From Amoebophrya sp. A120 (taxonomy: Eukaryota > Protista > Dinoflagellata): a stretch of 64,000 nucleotides of DNA. The DNA lies in the NCBI GenBank assembly GCA_905178155.1, contig CAJINV010000018.1, forward strand, positions 1,399,776-1,463,775. Direction: 5' to 3'. A model generated the notes under the pieces. It searched no databases and was not told the DNA's origin. It was given only the letters and a program-made list of their open reading frames with translations. A program made the position numbers and the translations under genes. Below are positions 37,455 through 49,600 of the stretch, piece by piece (position 1 is the first letter of the stretch; each line of letters opens with the position of its first letter).

Positions 37455-38534
37455 GGAGCAAACAGCATTGTCGGTGTGTACCGGAGGTGGTGCGCAGTGG
37501 GTGTTGTAGAATGGGGTTGAGAGGTGCAGTAAATTGTACGCAAGAAATGAATCACAAACACAAGGCAGAGCAACAGACTATGAATACCAACTCATTTTGT
37601 TTCGTCTCAATCAATGTTTCACTTTGATAAACATATGGAATATGAATACAGCCTCTGAGCACTCGTGAATCAATACAACAATTTTTAAGAAGAAGAGTAA
37701 AAATCTATGTTTATCCTATGCGAGCACCCGAAGAAATGTATGTAACAACCAGGAATTTTCATCAAAACGCGCAAAAGAGTGCAACGGATAGGCGTTAACT
37801 GCTTGATATGACTGTCAATGTATATTTTCAAAGAGCAGACACCTGTAAGTACCGAGAGCCGCTGAGTCGCTTATTTTAACTTTTGTACCCACCGGAGCAA
37901 CGAGAAGGAACGTATGTATATGCTCAAATAATTTCAAATATTTCTATTTGTACAGAAAGATGAAAAAATCACCGAAGGCAAGGTAACCGTAACTTCAGTA
38001 GAATCGTGTATCCAAGATGAAGGTGCCTTCGTCTAACTCTAAGGGGCACCTCACCTCCATTCTATTTGTCGTCGTCGACGTCATTGAAATTTTGAGAGTG
38101 AAAAAGTGTAGTTCTTTTGAATGCGGATGAGGATATTGTCGCGATCGAGGGACGAGCACGCTCGTGTCAGTGAAATGGGAGGTGTCGTCGTAAATGAGCT
38201 GCGTAAAAACTCGTTTACGTTCGCTTTCTTGAGTCTCAGTTGAGGTCGAGCTTATTCGTCTTGTTTGCCGCATAATTAAAGGTTTATTTTGCAAATCGAG
38301 AACCTCTCTAGCGACAGAAAAATAGGCGCTGACATCGAGGACAAAGTAGGAAACCAAAAGGACTAGAAAATTATATCAGCCCGAGGAGGCGGCGCTGTGA
38401 GTGCGGGCGCTGTTCTTGTCTGTGGCTAGGCTGAGAAACACGCACTCCAAGGATAAGTAACAAGGCGACTCTTCCGGTTCCGGTGGAACCAGCGAAACGA
38501 CAGAAGTGATAAACCTCCACTACAGCCACTCAAG

Positions 38535-41500
38535 ATGTCGCATCAAAGCTACCAGCGAAAATGGGCGGAGGCCATGCAGGAGCTCATGGAGCAAGTGCAG
38601 ATAGAGTACCTGCCCGTCGAGTCAGCAGATTTTCAGGTATATTTGACTTTGTCATGTCAGTACACGCAAGGCAGCGGTTGTTTGTGATGTGATGTTTCCC
38701 ATTCCTTTCCCTTTGTCATGTATCAAGCACAAAAGCAAAACTCAAACACTTCTACAGGTCGACTTCAAGCACTTCGCCCTCTTGTACATAAAGTACCTCC
38801 AGATCTACAAGAAGCTCGAGGACTGCTACGACCAAATCATCCACCCGCAGAAGAGGCGGAGTATCAAGGAGGTTTTGGAGACGGTCATCGTGAGGCTACT
38901 CGAGGTGAAGCAGCAATTAGTGCACTTCAACCCGCGGCCGCAGAACCGGTTTGTCGCGCTCGACGAAGCGCTCACGAACTTCAAACTGAACCCGGAAATA
39001 GTGGACTGGCACATACCAAGGTATATGCGGGATGACCGGGATCGGGCAGACGAAATTGAGGTAAGTATAACGTATAATGTTTTATTGTAGCAACAACTAC
39101 AGCTCCGGATTCGAGGGCTGCAACACTACTTTGAAATGCGGTTACGCTCTGCGAATATGTTGTGTGAATGCAAAAAATTTCCCATCCACAGGTTAAATCC
39201 GAGCGTCTGGACCACTGGCTGAAAGCGTTCGGTATGTCCACCATAGCGGAGGATCTGTGCGACAAGAAGGATCCCTTTCAGGTCGACCTGACCGTCGAGC
39301 ACGCGATTCGGCTGCTGCAGAAAAACGAGCGCGGGAGAATAGGAATCCAGCGCGCGATGATGATCGCGAACTTTAGGAAAGAATCGATGAAAAAGGAAAA
39401 AAAGGGGCCCGGGCAAGAGGAAATGAGTGAAAAGGTACATGATAGTACATAGGCGCTGTAATCGGATTTTTGGTTGCCGCGATGGAAGATATACGCTTCG
39501 TGCAGCACCATCTCGTGTGGCTGTATTTTTTTCTTGTGTTGCTTGGAAAAGAGAAACCTTGAAAACCAACAATCCCTATCCCAGGTCCTCCTCGAGAAGC
39601 AAGCCATGTGCGCAAGTTTAATCGCGGCGCATTGGAGGAGAAAACTGGTCCAGCGAAAATTCCAGCGCATGAAGCAAGAGGAATTCGTCTTCCTTGGTAA
39701 ATGAAAATCTTTCAGTTCTTCGATTCTCATGGACGCCTGGGCATGGCATCAAAAGCGCTTCGCTTCTGCGTGACTTTTTCGCATGTTGACTAAAACCGTC
39801 ACAAATAATGTTATCAGGTATGGTCCTCCCGACCGACGCTAGTCAGACCACCGGAGTCGACCACCGAGCTATCGCAGAGGAAGTTAGGCAGAAGAGAAAA
39901 AGAAGACAAGTTGATGCGGATAGCGATTACGATAATGCGCTGCTGGACGAACTGGAGTGGGTGAAGAAAAAGAAGGTATGGAACTTGCTTGTACATTTTT
40001 AAGAATGCTAGTAGGCGTGCATGAAAAGAAAGTCATAGGTGGCTGTTTTCAAGCATAATATGAACTACAACTACATTCCATGCAACACGACACCACAGGG
40101 GCCCGACATTCGCGCCGACTTGTTAGAGGAGAGACGGCAATTCCTAGTGGAAGCCCGAAAGAAGAAGGGCACTTTTCCCGCCTCCATAGACGAATTTTAC
40201 AAGCGGTTCGACGCGTTAGAGAAGGACGACGCCGCCGCACCAGCGGACGACGGAAAGGGGAAAAAAGACGACAAGAAAAAAGACGATAAGAAAAAGGACG
40301 ACAAAAAGGACAAGAAAAAGAAGGGCGATAAGGCAGAACCGGAAGAGAGTATAGTAGACACGTAGTTCTTTATGGATATTTCGTCGTGGTCGTTTGCATA
40401 TGACCGGGTATTAGCTGAGAATGCTTCATGTTGTGTTGGTTGCCACATGTAGTCGAACATCATCCGATTTCAATTCACCTAAAACAGCCGAGGAGCACCA
40501 GGCCGGTCCTACCGCGATAGTCCAGTCTTTCGTCGATTTGATCAACGATTACTCGGAAGTGTGGGAAGACCGAGAAGAGTCCCACAACTTCGACCAGAAG
40601 CACGACGCGGAGCTCACGCGAAAACTGGTGTTCCCCATGGTGGAAGCGAGGTTGCGAGAGCAGGTCGACGCGCAAATGCAGGAGGAGCTGATGAATTTGA
40701 AGTCGATGTACGATAAGGCAAAAAAGAAAAAAGAGAAAAAAAAAAAGGGGAAAAAGGGAAAAAAGGACAAGGGAAAAAAAGCAAAGAAGTGGTGCGTCGC
40801 GGTCGGAATGATCTCAAACGTGCAGGACTGCTTTCCCGATCTAGTGGAGCAAGGTATAAAGAAGTATTTAAGTAGATCTATTTCTGCGGTTAGTTACGCA
40901 CCACCACGAATGCGTTTGCAATTGCATCCCATTGCGAACATCTTCTACTCGGCCCGTTGCACGAGTCCAAAACATTTTTAAATCAAAACAGAAATGATCA
41001 AGAAGATCGAGCCGTGCAGACTAGACGACATAGTCGGGGACTTCCACTACCTGGGCGCGTACCAGAGGACACAGGAGACCTACTGTCCGCCGCCATCAAT
41101 ACAGATGGTGAAGTCGTTAGTAGTGGAGCACTGCATCTTACCCTTGTCCTCCCTTTCCATACGACAGAAGATCCCCTACGCAGCCAGATCAATACTCTTC
41201 TACGGCCCAAAGGGAAGCGGGAAGACCATGGTACAGCTCAGACAGACTGGCGCGTTCTATTTCTGCATCAGAAAAATGTTTCATTTGTTTTTGTTTTTGG
41301 ATTTATTATGCAGAAATTTTCGTTCATCAAGTTCAAGTTGGGGAAGTGTTGCAGCGAATCAACACCCGAATCGAACTCACTTTCCAGTTCGCCCGCGCCA
41401 TCGCGTCCGAGATCGGCGCAACCTTCTTTGACATCTCGCCGTCGGTGATAGAAGGGAAGTACACCATGGCCAAGACCGGAGCAGCGCTGCTCATCTACAA

Positions 41501-42481
41501 GGTTTTCCTCGTCGCCCAAGACTGCGCGCCCTCGGTCATCTACATCGACCAAATTGACCAGATATTTCAAGCGAAGAAGAAAAAGAAAGGTGGAGACCCG
41601 GATGCGCCAGACAGGATAAAGAAAGACTTGGTGTCGGCAATAAAACAGGTACTAACCTAGCTGCAGATCTTTATGTGGAATTACTAGGAGCGAGTGAACT
41701 GTGACTGTGTAGTACGTAGTTTTTTTGAGGTTCAGCCTAAGCGTATGAAATTTTTTTTGTCATGCTTCTTTTCGCCACAGCCCAAACTTGTGACGCCTTC
41801 TCTCGCATATCACGGCCAAACTCTTATCAGATCAAAACCGGAGCCGATTCCACGAACGGAGACCGTGTGCTCTTCGTGGGCTGCACCTCCAAACCGCACG
41901 GCGAGGGCGTGGATCTCAAGGGTTTGAAGGACATCTTTGACGAGTTCGTCTACCTCTCCTTCCCCGACTACGGGTCATCCCTGAGGCTGTGGAGGCACTT
42001 CATCGAGAGGAAGGGAGTCACAGTCGATCCGATCAAATTCAATTTGAGCAACTTGGCGAAGGTATGATTTTCTTAGATAGTCGTCGCGATGATCGTGTTT
42101 TCGTCATGCAGAAAACCCGTTCTCTTTCTCTTGCTGTGTAGTCTAGTGCGAGGCATATTTCCCTCTAGCTTTATTTACGGGAGATGACGATAAGCAATAG
42201 CTGCGTTCGTCCGAAAAAATAAACAAAACGAAAAACTCTATCAGGTTTCCGTCGGCTACACGGCCGGTTCCATAAAGCAGTCCGTCGACCGTGTGCTGAC
42301 CAACAGGAGGGTCCAGCAACTTTCGCTGCGACAATTGCAACTGCAGGAGTTCCTCGGCCCCCTTTCCCGCACACAGTACACGTGGCCCGAGGAGTGGCAC
42401 GCGGTCAGGGAATTCGACCATGTCATCACGGACGAAAAGGACCGCAGGGAAAAGGCGCTCGCGGCACTGGCTGCGCAGTGA
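38535..42481 (+). CDS. IQCA1: IQ and AAA domain-containing protein 1 (dynein regulatory complex subunit DRC11)
   Basis: LYIKYLQIYKKLEDCYDQIIHPQKR N-terminus, Lys-rich segments, Walker A YGPKGSGKT, PSVIYIDQ Walker B-like motif. Ten GT-AG introns (e.g. 38637-38757, 39061-39191, 39435-39584, 39697-39817, 39976-40098) and no TIR elements. Confidence 0.9.
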
Positions 42482-43697
42482 GGGGTGAAGATGTGGTGCT
42501 AGTCGTGGACTAGGATCGACGCTGGGCTTCGGCGTGGTTGTCTTTCCAAAAAATTTCAAATGTACCCTTATGCAAGTATGAAACCATCTTAACCTTAAGC
42601 AAATACAAATTAAAGGCAAATTTCATTGCCACCGAAGTTCTTGTAGAACTTGTTCTCATCTCTTGTCACTTTACTTTTCAGAAAAATCAAACAGACACTG
42701 CAATTATCGCTCGATGCTTGCAGGACAACTAAGACAAAACTAAGACATTTAAGCGTATGTGCATCCATATTGATGCATGAATGTTGCAGAAGCGTATGTG
42801 AATATTAATAGGACTTGTGTAACTAAGAATACAGAAAATCAGCAGAAGCGTATGTGAATATTGACGACTCTTAGCGAAATACTTTCAGATCGATTTGTTA
42901 CGTTCACTCTTACTTGATTTTTGCGCGCAGAGAGGTAGAGGAACTGCTTTAGCAGCGAGCGACCGCGACCCCCGCGGTGAAGGACGACAGATTATGTGGA
43001 GTTTCTGTTGCATCGTGCCAAGTGGGCCATAGCGAATCGGTTGTTGAAGATGCTCAGGTCGTTTATCTGGACGACTGTTGCTGATCCGCTGTGGCTGCGA
43101 AGCGCGTGTCAGCTTGAAATTTGACCTCTGCACAGTTTTGTACAGTAAAAATGTCGCAAGTTGTTTGGCCCAATGTTGATCGAACACGAACACGAAGAAG
43201 GCACTTAAACGAATCCGCCAGCCACGCGAGCCGGAGTTCTTGCAGCTGCAAGTCGACAACTACCGCTTATGATGTAGCGCGGCTGGCTATTTGTATTTCA
43301 GTACCCGGTCGTGTAGTCCACGTCATCTTCGTCTTTCGTAATACACTCTCGTTGGGTCTGTCATTGGTCGCCGTCGTTCCAGTTGTAGGCAAAGTTGTGT
43401 GGTTGGTCGTCTTTTATTTGGATGGAGGACGAGAGCTACCGCATCTCGTTGAGTGTCAGCAAAGTAGCATGTTACAGACTTCGTCGCTGAGAGGTAGAGC
43501 AGTGGCACAGCGCGCACAGAAGGAGCTTTAGGTTCGAACAGTCGTGGAGGTCGTAAATTCATGTAAAAGTCGTGATCGAACTCGAAAAACTAAAACATGT
43601 AAACGTCTTGTATATTGACTCAAAATCAGAGGCGAGCGTGAACTTGTTTAATATCTGGCAATGAAGTAGACAATGACAAAAATCAACAAATGAACAA

Positions 43698-46600
43698 ATG
43701 TTGAATTCCAAGACTAAAATGTCCTGTTTCACCATGCGCACTATCGGGCGTGCAACTCGATCACCCCGGGTGCTTAAAAATGTTTTCACCTTCGCTGCTG
43801 GTGTCCTTTTGGTTTTGGTCACAATCACCCCACTGACCTCCTCGATCACACCGCCGCATTCTGTACTCCCGGGACAACACAGCACCTCCCACGACCCGCA
43901 GTTAAACCAGGACAAGCACCAGGAGCAGCTTGGCTTCACGCAGGACCAAACAGACGAAAACGCCGTGGTGGACGCGGGTGGTGGACGAAACAGAAATAGC
44001 GGTGGTGTTCCAATCATCCCGCTGGATAGTACTACCAGGACGACGCACACGCATCAAGCCGCAGGCGCCAGAACTACGACCGAACAACACGTACACCAGC
44101 ACAGCAAGTGTTTGAGCGATCCCACGAGCGCGAACTGCTTCGTGAAACAAACTGAGTTCGCAGATGAGGAGGAAAGTTCCAGCTCCTTTTTAGCGGATGG
44201 CGCGTCGAATGCCATTCCAGAAAATAATAAACCAGGGGCTGAACAACAAGATATTATTGCCCCTGATCCGAAGGGAAAGCCTTCCGCCAAAGCTGGACCA
44301 GATGGCACGTTGTTCTTACGGGGAACAAGTAAGCAGCAGCGCAGCAGTCCTAACCACCGGCCGGCAAACTTCAACTGGCCGCAGGGCGACAGTGGACCAC
44401 GCGCGGCCCCGAATAAACACACACCCTCCACTGCCAAAGCGAAAGCGGGCGGCGCGTACTACAACAATATGGTCGTACAAAAGTCGGAGATGAAAGAGGA
44501 AAGGATCATTATCCCGACTCGGATTATCGGCGTGAACGAAAACGGCCGGTTTTCCAGTGATGATCTCCGCGAAGACGAGAACGATGATGACGATGCGGAT
44601 AATTTATCTCACCACGACAGCGCCACTCCAAACGATGATGCGACGAAAATGAAGGAGCAGGAGAAATTGGAACACAAACAGCAGGAACTGATGCGGAAGT
44701 GGGGGAAGTACCAGGTCACCACACTCGAGGACTGGCGCAACCGAACCGAGACCGACCCCTTCGCGTTCTGCGGGGTGTTTTTCCGCGTGAACGTGTCCTT
44801 TTCGGAGATCCAGCGCGGGACGGACATCTGCCCCGAGGCCTGCCCCTACCTACAGCAGGACGGGATCTACCCCTGCTTGCTCAGCTGCGTGACCAGAAAA
44901 TGGTGCCGCTACGAAATGTACCAGGATATCTACAACTACAATTTGTCGTCGGCGGCGGAAGCGGATGTGCTCGGCGAGCATAAGAATGTAGATAAAAAGG
45001 GTCCACCGAGCACTAGTACTAGCACGAGCAGTAGGGCGGCGCCAACTACTTCTACTTCTTTTTCTTCTTTCGTACAAGAGAACATTTTGCGGAGTTCATC
45101 CTGGACTGGTATTGGAAAAATCACCGGGGGTGTTTGGAACAGGTTGTTCGGCCGCCATGTTGAAGTTGATGTAGAAGTTTCCCTTTCGAGTTCCGGTTCT
45201 CTACTCCAAACGGCGGAGTCGGAAGATCATTCCGCCGGCGCGATGACAAGAAAACGCTCTGCCGCACCGGATGATGACTTCGATCCCGACGCAGATGACG
45301 ATGACAATCCTCTTGGTGATATGGGGGGCGGGGAACAACGTGGAACAGCAGCAGCTGCACCCAGCGGAAGCACTGAGGAGAACGATCAGCTTCAACCTCC
45401 TGAGTCGCTTCCAGGACCTCGTACTTCCTCGTTGTCCGACCACGCACCGGCGGGGGCAGCGGAACACCCCTGGAACAAATTGATGGCAAACGCGGACGAG
45501 GCGCACGAGAATTTGCTGGGGCACGAGATCAACAACAGGATGGGCACGACGAGCACACGTCGGAGTCAGCGAAAGAACCGGGACGACGATTTTTCCGATC
45601 ATCAGGAGGAGCAGCTGCAGCAAGAGGAACGGGCTAAAACTCCAGCACTCAGTGGAAAAAATCTCACGGAAGGTGGAACCGCAGCACAGAAAAATCTCCC
45701 TGATGAAGCAATAACAACCACTACAGGTGGAGGAACGCCTCACAAAGATAATGGCACCAAGAAAAAGCCGAAAGAGGAAGTACGGGTACCGCGGCAAGGT
45801 AACAAGCAAGAAACCACCACCTCCAAGAAGACCCACTGGGCCGGGCCGCCGTCCAACCTGTTCGCGCGGCACCCGAACAGGCGCGCGTACAACTCGACGG
45901 AGCTGAAGTGCGACTCGTGCGAGGTGAAGGGGTGCGTGAAGTGCCAGAAAGATCGGCACAGTTGCGAGGAATGTTCCGAAGATTTTCAGTTGAACTGGGG
46001 CGTCTGCTGGTACGCGTGGCACAAAAATATCGAGTACACGATTTTCTTCTCGGGGTTGTTGGTCCTGGCGATTGCGACCTTGATTTTTTCCTACTGTCGC
46101 AAGCCCACGAACGAAAACTACGACAGACACTATGCGCTCGCTCTGCAGCATCGGGGCCGGTGCTTCCACCGGCCGCAGGGGTATCCCAACGAGTACTACA
46201 GCTACTGCGGCACGGCCGTGCGGACGGAGGAGATTGCGGGCGTGGGGTTCAACTTGTACTTCACCAACCTGGTCTGGCTTCTCCTGTACGCTGTAGGCGC
46301 CGCCCTGATGCTGTACTTGTTTTTCGGCAGTGCGGACTTCTCGACCATGTTCTCCCTGGGGAACATGCTGGAGCTCTCGCTGTCGCCGCAGCGAATGAAG
46401 GATATGTGCACGGTGCTGCCGGGCAGTCCGGAGTTCGCCGCTGCAGTAGGAGCGACGGGACGACCGGGATCTGCGCCCCCCATCGTCGCGCAAACGCTCG
46501 CGCCCGGAGGCAATCCTCTACTGTTCTTTCCCACCTCCAGCACATTGCCGCCCAGCTACCAAAATAGTAAAGAGTCCCATGAGCAGCAGCAGCAGACAGC

Positions 46601-49600
46601 CGCCCAACATGGTGGAGCTCCCCCTGGTGTAGACGGCACCGCTGAAAACAAACCTCCCTCGAAGACGAGTTCAGAAATTGTTTCCTCCGTTCTTCAGAAG
46701 TTCGCCGAACTGGTGTCTGTCCGTGTGAACGACGAAGTAGACGACAGCCTGGTCCCGGAGTTCTTCAAAGACACACTGCAGATGATCCACACCCACAATT
46801 TCAGAGCGTGGCTCGGCGTTTGCATCCTGTTTGTCTACACACTAGTCGCGATTTTGCTGCTGGAAGTGTACCAGCGGGGCAAGGCCATGAAGCACCAAGA
46901 GTCTCCGGAAAATGTGACCATGGACCGCTTCGCGATCCGAATGACCGTATGCATGGCAAATATGTCTGGGTCTGGAACAATGCAGTTTGTGATGCTACCT
47001 CTGGACTCTACATAAAAATCTGTATTGCGCGAACAGCAAAAGAAGCGCAGTTTGTGCTACGCGGAGAGGGCATTTCTCATGCGGCATGAGCATCAGAAAG
47101 CCCCCGCAGAATCTCTGATGCTAGGGCATTCATCACAGACCTCACGGGTCACGCAAAATCTGCATGACAAACTCCTGCATTCTCCCAGACCCAGACATGT
47201 TTGCATTTGATAGACCGGATTTACGCCGGAAATCACGGACCCGAGTGAGATCCAGAAGTGGCTGTATGACCTGCTCAGATGTTACAATCTCAAACGTTGC
47301 AATAGAATCTGGAATTTTCCTCGCATGACGAACATGACAGACTCGCAGAGCGTTCCACTTTCTGCAATACAAATTTCGGCAGATGATTCTAGCGCGGTTT
47401 GGGACTCGAGAACTTGTCATGCGCAATCCTGTGGGAGTAGGCTAGATCATGCACTCTTGCATGACAGATTTCCATATTCTATTGTAAAACGTTTGAGATA
47501 GTAACGTTTGAGCGGTTCATAGGCTGCAAGAGGATATTTTGGAGTTTGAAGACCACTACGAGCACTTCCGCCACGAAGAAGCAGACAATCTCATGAACAG
47601 CCGAGCCACGGTGGCGAGCGCGCTGTCGACCGCTTCGAAGCAAAGCAAGGATCCCCACAACGACCACCGGACCAAAATTCTGTACTGTTCTATCGCGTAC
47701 GATTTTTTCGCGGCCGATTCACACGTCTTGTACGGGTCGGATTACACCAAGACGCTGCTGGACCGCTTTGTGCTGATCAAAGACAGCGAATACGGCAGCT
47801 TCCCGCTGTCCGAGGCCTACGGGAAAAAGGGAAAGCCGCCGCGGTTCGATCAGAACGGGGACTACATCCCGGACGAAGACAGCGCCGACGACACGCCCTG
47901 GTGGCAACCGACCGGCATGTACTCGCGCATTACCGCACCTCTATTGCGCCGGGACAGCAAACATAAAACGCAACTGAACCGGGGACAACGGAGAAGAGGA
48001 CCGGAGGGCGAAGGAACTCATGGCTCGCCTCCCCATCTTCACCCGGACATGGTGATCGATAGAAAAGACCAAACGCGAGCGAGTACTATCGACGACGAGA
48101 GGCAGACCCAGACCACCGGTGCTGCCAGGATGAACAACAGTAGTTTGGGGACTTTCGCGAGTGAGGCCAGCTACGGATCGATCACCGCGAAAATTGAGAT
48201 AAACGACCGACAGGGAATATCCTGGGTAAAAAAGTCTCGACACCAGAGTCAAGATGGGAAGTCTGCTAGACAAATCAGCCAGCTTTGGCTGTTTCGCATG
48301 ACAAGTTTATTCTCCTCGTAGTGTGATCCTGTTTAGGTAGTTCAGAAGCATCACAGACCTAGCGCATCATGCTGATTCTAGCATCGCAAATTTCACGACA
48401 CGACTAGAAACGCTTCCCATGGGGCTTCGCATGAGAAACATTTGAGCATGCAGATTTGCATGACAGCTCTGGGGTGGGGACGTTTTTGCTCAGGATAGGG
48501 AACGACCGCAGCCAGTGGTAAGCGCAGACCGCTACGAGGAACAAACTTGTTTACCAGTACGTACTATCAAGTGCAAATATGTCTGGGTCTGGAAGATCTG
48601 TCATGCTACTCCGGCATGACCCTGCACTCTGTATTGCGTGGCCACAAACAGCTTCTCTCGCCTTTCATGCAAAGCCGCAGTTTCTCATGCGAAATACGCA
48701 GCACAGAAGCGCGAAAAAACTTGTCGTGCTTGGCTGCGCATTACAGTCCACTTATTGTTCACTGACTTGCATGACAAGTTTCGGTTTCCAGACCCAGACA
48801 TATTTGCAATGCATACGTACGAGACGGAGGACTCCGAGGTTCCGCCCGAGCAACTGATTTATCTCTTCGCCGATGAGAACGAACGCCACAACCCGCGCCA
48901 CCCCGAGGTCTTCCAGGCGCGCGAGTTTGTGAAAAAGCTGGAAAATTCGGGCACGGTGTTCGTGGTTTGCCACAGTGAAAAGGACCGGTGGAAACTGGTG
49001 CAGGCCATGATGCGGCACAGCCTGAAATCTTCGACGGAGAAGGGCAAGAAAGCTTCAGGAGAACAAGTAGAAACCGGCGGGGGCCATCCTTCTGGCCAGA
49101 TGATCCCGCTCCGCTGGAACCGCTACGTCGGCGGCAAACTCGTGCAAAAGCTAAAAATCCGGGCCCATCCTGGGACGAACGCGGACTTGCCGCCGGTTGT
49201 GGGCTGGTTTGCCTACGGCGCCACGTGGAGAGGGTTCATGGAGTCGTTCTTCGTCTGGGTTTATGCATTGCAAATGAAATATGTCTGGGTCGGGATCTGG
49301 AAGGATGCAAGGTTTGTCATGCCTGTCTGGCATGATTGAAGAGTTTGTAATGCGTGTCTAAGAAGAGAGCCTTTTGCTTGTCATGCAAGAAACGCAGTCT
49401 GTCATGCGGAAAGCGCAACACGAAGCTGCGCAAATATTTCTCATGCTTGGCTGTGCATTACAGAGCACTCACTATTCACAGCTGAGCATTACAAGTTTCC
49501 AGACCCAGACATAAGTACTTATTTGCATTCGATACCGTTGCGATTTTAACGGCGTCGATTCTCGTGTACGTGTATGGCGTATTCATGCCCTACATCCACT

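Noticed and set aside
38521-38534. Relict dinoflagellate spliced leader (TACAGCCACTCAAG before the IQCA1 ATG)
   Set aside because: Only AGCCA and CTCAAG match the leader and the TTTTGG is missing; too short to distinguish from chance.
21844-46493. Long minus-strand ORFs (e.g. 21844-22584, 27076-27822, 45201-46493)
   Set aside because: They are antisense shadows of GC-rich + strand exons with no recognisable motifs.
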